The notes: generated by a model not told the origin, from the sequence alone. DNA of 45,765 nucleotides from an uncultured Armatimonadetes bacterium (GCA_903924445.1 CAIYBQ010000128.1:1-45765), one strand, 5' to 3'; counted from the first letter of the stretch, positions 37,501 to 43,021 are shown. Made by a program: numbers and translations.

Positions 37501-38212
37501 AAATACGACCAGCATGGGAGCAGGACGGTCGTGGTTGGTATGGCAAAAGGGCGCTGAGCCTGGTCGCCCTGCCACCTTGTACATGAGCACACGGCGTGTA
37601 GGCATCGATCTTCGCAGTCTGTCATTGCCAGTCGCACAACGGCTTGCACTTGAAGAGACTGTCGGACTCGAAGCACCGACTGCACCTGGTGCATCACAGT
37701 TCCCATCCGTAGCATCCGTTGCGGTAGCCGGCGTTGGTGCTGTGCCGTTTGACATCGATGTCCTTCGAGGACGTATCTTTGTGGATGCAGTGTTTGAAGG
37801 TCAGTTGATAACGGTCACGTACACAGCGGCGAACGGCAATGCACTCAACAATCGGGTTGCGGTTGCGGTGCTGTCGCAAATCGAAGAGCTTGGTGGGACT
37901 GAGAGCTCAACCGGCACGGTGCCTAGCGGCCCGCAGTCGATTGGCCAGATGGTGCCGATGCAGCGTGCAGTGAATGAGGGCCAAGTGTCCGCATTCCTCG
38001 ATCTCTTCAATGCAACAGCGGGTGTGAACCGTGTGAACGGACCAGCCCCTGGTGGAGATCCAACGCTTGAATCGGGTCGTCTCTGGATGTTCTGGACGAG
38101 CTCACGTGGACGGTTTGCAAAGCCTGGTGCCGATGGACTAGTCCTTCCAAGCGGCTTTGACATCCTCTACCAGACGCTTGCACCAAACTTTGAGTTTCCA
38201 AGCTACCGCTAA
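28511..38212 (+). CDS. Secreted giant protein (3233 aa) with dispersed PQQ-like beta-propeller blades and EF-hand-like Ca loops; proposed PilY1-analogous tip protein
   Basis: GTG 28511 sits 6 nt after GGAGA and overlaps the upstream stop (GTGA). Signal-like N-terminus: MKIETLNALVRTGFAVTLFGTVIIPGMAQE. Blade motifs: VAFVTANNGVVYAIDPYG, LFVGNQNGNVYALDARA, VYVTTGEGRVYALDFDG, IFVGGIGRVYAIDLDPATG, LFVTSRDGYLHELS, VYVAGDDGLLYAYTPV. Ca-loop-like sequences: DVNNDGTIVDEE and DANGNGIWD. One uninterrupted ORF, with a single Cys. Confidence 0.6.
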   Translation: MSRTNRMKIETLNALVRTGFAVTLFGTVIIPGMAQEFTRPKPTATNRPSMQNPGGKAHGGNNNRGRLTGDYLWGVTNGNRTFDKPVYSRVPQETIDSPLFLDGWTYPIARAATGARVGQNATGSIRDLLFPSVLLDNEATVGIAPINGATVIAPTGRVVIGASWLTPVSGPSTLFTGTVYHRKQAIQRANGNPGNNPTDAGKFSWYPSVAGAAGSVSRYAIRIKIPQSASDTSVEARVADARYVVYYQVPNGSGGFTRASKVCYVSQRTAGSFYLSGTDGQPAYFPMFSDATYGAGGTYANGGAFADGTFRARVELDATTESPAANTFVIADQVEFVQRPQAVKATPTLVPPHGGRKVDTEQTGFTPNNYFQPLASATYTIADFINNPLDPSFTTGTATIDATNISTIFWGPESTVQPLNGTSAVAPVDAINHRAYQDGSGNLLPFFSHMQVLVPRTDYIVDPETGVPTASSDGTKSIELGSIHSVDWLTGTPIWRFPDRSYMPGGFRNPQVGTDIANKPVYQIPGIVSYDVNNDGTIVDEEVFIGSHGDNNNGGIAASVTIVPGIAVRGQVQVPVRNASGVITGTTAAPRGRYFVEQTVPTPGFAPVLNTVAFVTANNGVVYAIDPYGNNDSRYLPNADTAILGTYRYGSTNVLWTFSPESADRGTTGTRAETLELYNRRLKTEVPVPGPFGSAAPVVAWAKADTDPTLNLLTDEPRLFVGNQNGNVYALDARADAGVNAVSNTLNALPYRKGQQTYNPKHLANSLVVQTDPHRAELKWWFETLGAINASVAVSEVPAARTAPATVTASKGVYVTTGEGRVYALDFDGPVTKADHDANMVWDGTAGDSLTAGTAPSLPPTAGSAAALNDNIRFRNAVAALSGARPDFTEGTIRPRWTYPNRYRDISGTDNKLTDPIDASTVYPGAKLAEPSTVAGPIYSAPVLLDFPFLDPDTATLSGVRRYVVVSTNDLNADSPDSPRQGRLLLLDQEGDRKDFLTNPMPTKASAAVVPPAKPVAAAGATIYSQPIDQYVSKLGAFGRATPAWTYRHQFDTYTAGVPSIAKRNAPVATGVTGSPAYRTLPTIFVGGIGRVYAIDLDPATGLFLRWRGTAADQLTTLPTGAVIPSEEGATDRLNPNDPLNPSNPLFNVGDRLTKRLGFKRILARTVPLLGDRSAIDGDLVVTGGPLINRSNAEARTAAATLTGRGAGTTTPVDVSLTTSPLRPSVPLIPTDDAPSSVYVMRSTATGAYAPFGYDITSVLFADSVFPVFDFTGMYANQDVDDPLSTTRGTLPSTTAAPALASGTPENTAYQYPSLFVTSRDGYLHELSTNLEGEDLSLPSVVTNPGETTAALGWATTEDPERFNDLHVYLVTRMGPGGQGSGITAVTNAYFPGRDSDYAKSRGIQQKLRTDGTAYFRFYPPQEPVVVGQTPDYGDNARPNLKPRGLYRQLVSAVFFPKDTNTGATGFPLDQRGLFYDKRFRTAAGTNANEGGLVKLPGYSAMGEVTGATAFNPQGPESDSERAAANTSLAPGILAAPSANVNPSGQNATWVYVAGDDGLLYAYTPVYAKRLGGIASGFVGGTIVRRVDPGEGQVKVDIFDAADFQTLFAAAQSGSPLRPRRDGEAATAPSTSNIVSRTAKGKRPFFEWGESIPIVIWDVTVRKSFDSSTPAPSIPNIPASFQVTVRLTPRGGNSITRTLNLAMSGPTVSVYPYDREYTVPPIDTPAGHVPAALGIAFADFRIDGTSGLPIGPGTPIDVQVTVGPPLTVPGSDPRTGPQVIVQVVGGAFEAQILNRTNPLFWAANPLGVQGFLMDTVSTANGVAPVLVGKPSGDPLAGGIGPFRTGDNAKALYPSAGATLVDPDRAGSEYSQALGNGNVIERIDADQFLSDGVGGRRRNTRFGLRLRDAAGADDLSYYVPVAASAGYINHGRTGSSDVSANQRNLRIVNRSLMGSLSNVRAEVLDDLIWRWWPANLPNADSGTDNVRRTPIGMGVDGRINPLPWETVVTEAQPWKRKALTAATGSIMALGNLSPDYTDISAASASNQGRQAVSIVINGTDAVTGGASVFAGGQDLQTNTNPGYVTNPLGAAASASAAINVKVPRYQPANLVAMHSLTSTYELPSSIDGATITTADGRVQLPRGLANRELRKWTGGSFNGEKAITPFGYTSRVRMYVDANGNGIWDAQSGEEPYRIVEVWMGVPVDMGLRAAETPVDLGGLPGGFGIQNGVLGYGGTILSGEQAGFAPPPLRAPYAPFFRPVTIQNTGNVNLWNLRASQRIETPGSATAGAGTNYYLFGMRSELVDPRFGILAFGADPNGNLPLANLMPQVVTSLDKTFDNAWLQWMQTNPDPVFRATMDYDLGGQTVFQRYYQPLAGRHTLHKAQPNAANPSVLGIPDLPGAQNLLPYGYVAPEAAKPMVGIAVPHGTPTGVYSSRYANRNGAPPQLGVFEDHDTDPTRNYAAVPVLQPDGTISIAGPTYRGINGVDSNLNFVYPGAQPIFPVAGETVLRGRTGITNAAGAVVGVEYQPHTNPSMELKVTVSESSITGQVPDFDLSAQVANGQLPGIDVFPILDAARRPASAISPATYRSANGRINVYFSRNADANGVALTGVGDPVKLFHSHMNWNPTLGTFVAADFGTPVADPSLNTGRWFTAPTIINGTADLRESNTAPYVLQTSPTQTNALLVWANSRQASGGDILDTIMYSRLDANGVPSSVNPWFVNGDPEVRRFSPKVAFDSGTNTSMLVFHGGVPGKWRLMYSGRGSDGAGVPTDTAPDGAGRQLGEQVLSLPDSIVSASEPFATFRRMVRHNNGASPVLDVVFTGTVRTDANPDLYMARYLMLGNGRRSRLAPADLPQITNELLVQEGRELLWKARHIAWTSNLDDQASLPVVRLAKSDGTSITTNATRWQYDAATKVLYQAIAQPTGVMYIYADATAGVIRFRGVGTPTSRDQVFASYQPRLYRLTADDAADTGVTVVNDNRTLAAGTGSYSGIVRRPNTTSMGAGRSWLVWQKGAEPGRPATLYMSTRRVGIDLRSLSLPVAQRLALEETVGLEAPTAPGASQFPSVASVAVAGVGAVPFDIDVLRGRIFVDAVFEGQLITVTYTAANGNALNNRVAVAVLSQIEELGGTESSTGTVPSGPQSIGQMVPMQRAVNEGQVSAFLDLFNATAGVNRVNGPAPGGDPTLESGRLWMFWTSSRGRFAKPGADGLVLPSGFDILYQTLAPNFEFPSYR

Positions 38213-38234
38213 GGTAGGAAGCTTTTACGGTTAC

Positions 38235-38263
38235 AACGGCCCCTGAAACAGGGGCCGTTTTTT
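38235..38263 (+). terminator. Strong rho-independent terminator closing the six-gene operon
   Basis: aacggcccctg-aaa-caggggccgtt forms a perfect 11-bp GC-rich stem followed by a 6-T run (two T shared with the stem). It lies 23 nt after the stop at 38212. Confidence 0.88.
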
Positions 38264-38378
38264 ATGGCCGTTCAGTTCCCCTTTTCTGAGTTCTGTTCGA
38301 CTGCACGCCTTGATGTTTGTTTAGGACGGTCGCGATGCATAGCGATTATCCGTATGATGGCTGCAAGGTGGATTGACA

Positions 38379-39053
38379 ATGTGTGGACGCTATACGGCTA
38401 GAACAACGCAGACAGATTTGATAAATCACTTTTCTGCCAAGGGTGTTCTGTTTGATCATAGTGAGCGCTTCAACATTGCGCCTAGTCAGGATGTATCGGC
38501 CATCACAGCACTCGAGAGTCCAGATCAACGCATTCTTGAAAAGCTTAGGTGGGGGCTTGTACCGTTTTGGGCACGGGACACATCGATGGCATCCCGGATG
38601 ATCAATGCACGCAGTGAAACCGTCTTTGAAAAGCCTGCCTTTCGTGGTGCGATTCGCTCACGTAGATGCCTGATTCCCACAACTGGCTTCTATGAATGGC
38701 ATCAGAAAACCAAAGTGCCTCATCTGATTTCGTTGAACTCAGCACCGCTGTTCGCCTTTGCTGGACTCTATGAAGAGTGGACGGCTCCTGATGGCTCCCC
38801 GCTACGTTCGTGCACAATTTTGACGACTGAGGCCAATGATGCGATTCGCAATCTCCATGAGCGGATGCCAGTAATTATTCATCCGAGAAACTACTCGCTA
38901 TGGTTGGATGCCCGTATCAAGACAAACCTTGAGCTGTCGCACCTGTTCCATCCTTGGTCGGAAAGTGACACTGTCGTCTGGGAAGTCTCGAAGCGTGTTG
39001 GGAATGTCGTTAACGATGACGCGCTCCTAATGGAGAAGGCGACGCTGCTCTAA
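38379..39053 (+). CDS. SOS-response-associated peptidase (SRAP/YedK/HMCES family) abasic-site processing protein
   Basis: Motifs: MCGRY (Cys2 nucleophile), [40 protein letters not shown] is 6-8 nt before ATG 38379. The track start (TTG 38373) would bury the obligate N-terminal Cys, so it was rejected. Confidence 0.88.
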   Translation: MCGRYTARTTQTDLINHFSAKGVLFDHSERFNIAPSQDVSAITALESPDQRILEKLRWGLVPFWARDTSMASRMINARSETVFEKPAFRGAIRSRRCLIPTTGFYEWHQKTKVPHLISLNSAPLFAFAGLYEEWTAPDGSPLRSCTILTTEANDAIRNLHERMPVIIHPRNYSLWLDARIKTNLELSHLFHPWSESDTVVWEVSKRVGNVVNDDALLMEKATLL

Positions 39054-39589
39054 TGCAAATCCGTGAACATTTTGCCTTTTGCCCGAAGTGTGGCGAGTCT
39101 GCTGATTCATCGGCAAATCATAGACGCTTTGTGTGCGCAGTGTGCGGCTTTCAGGTTTACTTCAATGTCGGCGCTAGCGTGTCCGGTATCTGTGTACGGA
39201 GTAACGCCGATGTGCTTCTCCTAAAGCGGATGCACGCCCCCCGAGAGGGGACTTGGACACTTCCAGGTGGCTTTGTCGAACCCGGAGAGTCAGGAACCGA
39301 TGCGCTGCTCCGAGAGATACAGGAGGAAACCGGACTCATGGCACTGAATCCGGTTCCACACTCTGCATTTCCAAATACCTATACCTTTGGCGGTGTCACG
39401 TACGAGACTTTTGACATGGTCTATGTCTGCGGTCTTGAAGGTTCTCTTAGCTTGGATGGGACAGAAGTGGATGCGCACCGCTGGTTTTCACCCGCTGATC
39501 TACCAAATGTCGACATCAGCTTTCCATCACTCCGCAGCGCGATCATGCTTTATGTCGCCGAGTGCAATCAAATTGCGGCTAATGGCTGA
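39053..39589 (+). CDS. NUDIX hydrolase with an N-terminal CxxC-x14-CxxC zinc ribbon (short NudC-like layout)
   Basis: [24 protein letters not shown] is followed by the Nudix box [24 protein letters not shown]. The ATG overlaps the SRAP stop (TAATG). Confidence 0.85.
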   Translation: MQIREHFAFCPKCGESADSSANHRRFVCAVCGFQVYFNVGASVSGICVRSNADVLLLKRMHAPREGTWTLPGGFVEPGESGTDALLREIQEETGLMALNPVPHSAFPNTYTFGGVTYETFDMVYVCGLEGSLSLDGTEVDAHRWFSPADLPNVDISFPSLRSAIMLYVAECNQIAANG

Positions 39590-40946
39590 GCGTACGAGGG
39601 TCTGTCTTCGCGATGATGTCGCTGATGCCCGTTTTATTGAAGCCTTTGAAACCATCCCAGCGTTGCAGTATTTCGAGATGTGAACCTGGCGCTCCACTTA
39701 TGCGGAACATCTCAGCGTTGGTTGGGTCAAGAAGGCCATCTCTGACGAGTGTGTCCAACCGTTCAGATGATACCGACCATGTTTCGGGTGCGGTGAATGC
39801 CTGCCACAGAACCTCGATGTCGGTAAACGGATTCATGACACGCCCACCATCTTGGATGAAGGCATCGCGTACAGCTGTACATAGGAACTCAGCTTCTAGA
39901 TGGTGCATTCCTGCCAGTCCAATGGCGCCTCCATGTAGTCCACACCACAGACCAATGGTGCCTAGAGACTCTGATGGCGGCAATGCGGTGATACCGAAGT
40001 CGGTATTGAGTTCATCGGCGGTGATGTCGACATCCGCGAAGATTACAACACGGCTTACCGGATGCTCAAGAATCTGTGCACCCCAGCCGGCATCCGCGCC
40101 GGCATAGAAGCGTTCACGAAGTACAAATCCCATTCGCAGAAAGAGCTGGATAAGACCTTGGAAGCCCTCACGGCTCGACCGGTAGGTGTGGTGGTCATGG
40201 TTTGACCATCCGATGCCAACTGTATCCTGTCTGGACTTTTGCCAGCGTCCGGCAGTATTCCGGGACATCCAGTATTCACGCTCCGCGGAAAAGAACTCAT
40301 CGACTGCGCGGCCTGTTCCGACCAGTGTCTCTGCTTTGATGAAAGCCTGTTGTGCTCCACGTGTGTCTGCCAGGTCATCTCCGGTTCTTGGCCGAGTTGC
40401 ATAGACATCCCGGACGGTGTCGACGGCAGCTGCATAGCTATCTGATGACGATACGACCGAATACCCGCGAGTGCCGTTTCGTTGTACAAGATAGCAGGCG
40501 GAACCCGGGATGAGCTCATCGGAAAAGCGAAGGTCGGCCTCGAGCGATCCATGGATATCTACGTTTTGTAGGTTATTCGCACTTAAAAACGCTTCGATGG
40601 ATTCAACTCGGATGTAGAGCTTATAGGTCGCTGACTTTGGGCAGACGAGCACAGAAGGTAGCTGGGCATCCGGGCAGGCGAAGGCTAGCTCATCGATGCA
40701 CACTTGGCGGGCAAACCCTGCGGATGTCCATTCATGGTGGAAGTGTTCACTGGGAACCACGATGAAGTCGACAATATGAGCGATGTCCACGCCGATTGTG
40801 TTCAGTTTTCCAGCAAGATGGTGGACGAAAGGGTGGCCATCAACAACGGTCGATATTGCACTGTTCACGAGGGCTGCCGCGATTGTCCGGCGGGGCCATG
40901 GGCTGATATGTTCGAGGCCATCCATGATTGGCGTCACTCCATCCAA
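39579..40946 (-). CDS. Hypothetical 455-aa protein; possibly a DUF1338/VOC-fold (HglS/YdcJ-like) metalloenzyme
   Basis: A long, clean ORF. His-rich segments ([27 protein letters not shown]) and the tail [25 protein letters not shown] loosely recall DUF1338. The resemblance is from memory only. Confidence 0.3.
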   Translation of the reverse strand: MDGVTPIMDGLEHISPWPRRTIAAALVNSAISTVVDGHPFVHHLAGKLNTIGVDIAHIVDFIVVPSEHFHHEWTSAGFARQVCIDELAFACPDAQLPSVLVCPKSATYKLYIRVESIEAFLSANNLQNVDIHGSLEADLRFSDELIPGSACYLVQRNGTRGYSVVSSSDSYAAAVDTVRDVYATRPRTGDDLADTRGAQQAFIKAETLVGTGRAVDEFFSAEREYWMSRNTAGRWQKSRQDTVGIGWSNHDHHTYRSSREGFQGLIQLFLRMGFVLRERFYAGADAGWGAQILEHPVSRVVIFADVDITADELNTDFGITALPPSESLGTIGLWCGLHGGAIGLAGMHHLEAEFLCTAVRDAFIQDGGRVMNPFTDIEVLWQAFTAPETWSVSSERLDTLVRDGLLDPTNAEMFRISGAPGSHLEILQRWDGFKGFNKTGISDIIAKTDPRTLSH

Positions 40947-41121
40947 GCGTAATCTTTAGGGACAATAATACTCCATGGATGCACCTGTGAAGAACCCGAT
41001 TAGGGTTAATCAAGCGCGCATATAACGAAGTGTGAATTCGTTGTGTATAATGCATCATCCGCACCGAAGCGGTTTTGCCGGTGCGTGCTTGTTTTTAGGA
41101 ACCGAAAGGAAGTCGGGCGGA

Positions 41122-42111
41122 ATGAATCCGATGCGCACTCCTCGTTTGTTTGGACATCATATGGTTGCTGCTATTGCAGCGACCGCCTTGGCCGGCGTCC
41201 TCATGCCTCTTGCTATCGCACAAGACGGTTCACAACCGGTTACCTTCACGCTATACCGCGGCGAAGGGGACTCTGGCAACATTGCCCTGAGTTCCTGGGG
41301 TTCCGGTAAAGCTGAACCAACCACTGAGAACGTTCTCCTAGGCGATGCTGCGATTAAGGTCACCACGCATGGCATGTACCAAGGTGGTCGGATTGACTTC
41401 AAGTCGCCCGTCGACTTGGCTGCAGCGATTGCAAATGGCCGTACCTATCTACGCATGATGGCCCGCTTCAACTCATCCTCTGGTTCCAATGTTGGAGGCT
41501 TCCCCGGTGGCGGCAATCCTGGATCCGGCGGTGGCAATAATGGTGGAGATGGTGGTGGATTTTCGTCCACTGGATCTCTCGCTAATACAGCCCCGTTTGA
41601 GCGGATGCGCTTTATCGCCATCATGGCAAACGGCGACCGCTACGAGCTGGTGCGTCCGCTTGACATGAAGCCAACGGAAGACCCGGATGCTTATCTTCCG
41701 GTCAGCCTGCCAATCAGCTCGATCTTCAAGTCGGCTAAGAAGCGTTTGGCTGGCGACGGTGCAAAGCTCAAGAGCTTTGTCATCTGCGGCGATAAGTACC
41801 AACAGTTCCAGATTGGCGAGATTCAGGTCATCACGGATGAAACTGACATCTCTGTCAACCCACTGGAAGATCAGATTGCGTTCATCAACAATGATGTTGT
41901 TTTCTCTGGAGATGCTGAAGGTGGAGATTCCAACCTTAAATTCTCTTGGGACTGGGATGCCCGTGATGGTATTCAGGAAGACACCGTTGGACGCAGTGTT
42001 ACTAAGGTCTTTACCAGGGCTGGTAAGTTTGTGATCACGTTGACTGTCACCGATGTCGATGGCTTGAAGAAGTCGCAGTCGGTCAAACAGGAACTGGATG
42101 TCGCAAACTAA
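41122..42111 (+). CDS. Secreted protein with a Gly-rich linker and a C-terminal PKD domain
   Basis: Signal peptide MNPMRTPRLFGHHMVAAIAATALAGVLMPLAIAQDG. Linker GGFPGGGNPGSGGGNNGGDGGGF. PKD-like FSWDWDARDGIQEDTVGRSVTKVFTRAGKFVITLTVTDVDG. SD GGAAG lies upstream of ATG 41122. The track start at 41032 was rejected. Confidence 0.7.
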   Translation: MNPMRTPRLFGHHMVAAIAATALAGVLMPLAIAQDGSQPVTFTLYRGEGDSGNIALSSWGSGKAEPTTENVLLGDAAIKVTTHGMYQGGRIDFKSPVDLAAAIANGRTYLRMMARFNSSSGSNVGGFPGGGNPGSGGGNNGGDGGGFSSTGSLANTAPFERMRFIAIMANGDRYELVRPLDMKPTEDPDAYLPVSLPISSIFKSAKKRLAGDGAKLKSFVICGDKYQQFQIGEIQVITDETDISVNPLEDQIAFINNDVVFSGDAEGGDSNLKFSWDWDARDGIQEDTVGRSVTKVFTRAGKFVITLTVTDVDGLKKSQSVKQELDVAN

Positions 42112-43021
42112 GCCATCCAAACTTAGTCAGGAAGCCGCCCCGGGGAACCGACGGCGGCTTCCCGCTATTTTGGCTGCCTTGCGACCGAAGCAATGGGTCA
42201 AAAATGTACTTGTTGCTGCTGCTGCACTCTTTACATCTGACAAGCCACGGACACTAACCGACTACATCCCACTCATCGTTGCAATTCTGGTATTTTGTCT
42301 TGTATCCGGGTGTACATACATCATCAATGACATCCGCGATGTAGACAATGACCGGCATCATCCAAAGAAGAAGCTGCGGCCAATTGCTAGTGGTGACCTG
42401 AAGATATCAACGGGATTAACATTCAGTATCATTGGTATCGCCGTAGGGCTTACTGCCGCATTCTGGGTCGGGCCGAAGTTTCTCGCAGCAACCATCGCCT
42501 ACCTTGTCATCACACTTGCTTATTCGCTTTGGCTAAAGCACATCGTCATTCTTGATGTTCTGACGCTTGCAAGCCTCTTCGTTATCCGTGCCGCGGCTGG
42601 AGCATTTGCGATTCAGGTCGGGATGAGCGAGTGGCTCCTCCTCTGTACGCTTCTTCTCGCTCTGTTTCTGGGGCTGGCCAAACGGCGTGGTGAAGTCTCG
42701 GCTCACGGGACATCCGGTTCGACCAGAGCGATACTTCAGGAATACAGCATCCCGATGCTTGACCAGCTGCTCACGATCGCTGCAAGCAGCTGCATCATGG
42801 CATACACGCTCTACAGTTTCTTCTCAGACACGGGGAAGAGCCATCCGTACCTGATGGCTACGATACCCTTCGTTCTCCACGGGATCATGCGCTACCTATA
42901 CCTGATCCACAAACATGGAGTGGGTGAGACACCCGAAGCTACCCTCATTGAGGATAAGCCTCTGGTGGTCACGGTGATTCTCTATGCCATTGCAGCGGGT
43001 GTCACCACCATCCTGCACTAG
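42098..43021 (+). CDS. UbiA-family prenyltransferase, decaprenyl-phosphate phosphoribosyltransferase (DPPR synthase)-like
   Basis: Motifs: LRPKQWVKNVLV and YIINDIRDVDNDRHHPKKKLRPIASG (NDxxDxxxD plus a basic loop). The protein is multi-pass, 307 aa. Its start overlaps the PKD gene by 14 nt. Confidence 0.72.
   Translation: MSQTKPSKLSQEAAPGNRRRLPAILAALRPKQWVKNVLVAAAALFTSDKPRTLTDYIPLIVAILVFCLVSGCTYIINDIRDVDNDRHHPKKKLRPIASGDLKISTGLTFSIIGIAVGLTAAFWVGPKFLAATIAYLVITLAYSLWLKHIVILDVLTLASLFVIRAAAGAFAIQVGMSEWLLLCTLLLALFLGLAKRRGEVSAHGTSGSTRAILQEYSIPMLDQLLTIAASSCIMAYTLYSFFSDTGKSHPYLMATIPFVLHGIMRYLYLIHKHGVGETPEATLIEDKPLVVTVILYAIAAGVTTILH

Noticed and set aside
28511-38212. An expectation that the 9.7-kb gene would be built from tandem adhesin repeats (Ig-like, cadherin, RTX, hemagglutinin) or would be an Rhs/polymorphic toxin
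   Set aside because: Reading the translation, I found no tandem periodicity. There were no GGxGxD nonapeptide runs, no YD/Rhs repeats, and no C-terminal toxin-like or T1SS/T5SS/T9SS signal. This is a by-eye judgement only, and a dot-plot is needed.
38264-38378. A possible promoter for the SRAP gene (TATGAT at 38353-38358)
   Set aside because: The -35 region (tcgcga) is poor and the implied leader would be about 14 nt. The evidence is too weak to report as a feature.
15358-41121. The longest-ORF starts given in the track for several genes (15358, 16404, 18248, 23406, 38373, 41032, and 14452 on the minus strand)
   Set aside because: Downstream starts fit better. Some have Shine-Dalgarno sequences at proper spacing (15415, 16407, 18296, 23550, 38379, 41122, 14356). 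They also give canonical signal peptides, or the obligate N-terminal Cys in the case of SRAP. In two cases the start coincides with the upstream stop codon.
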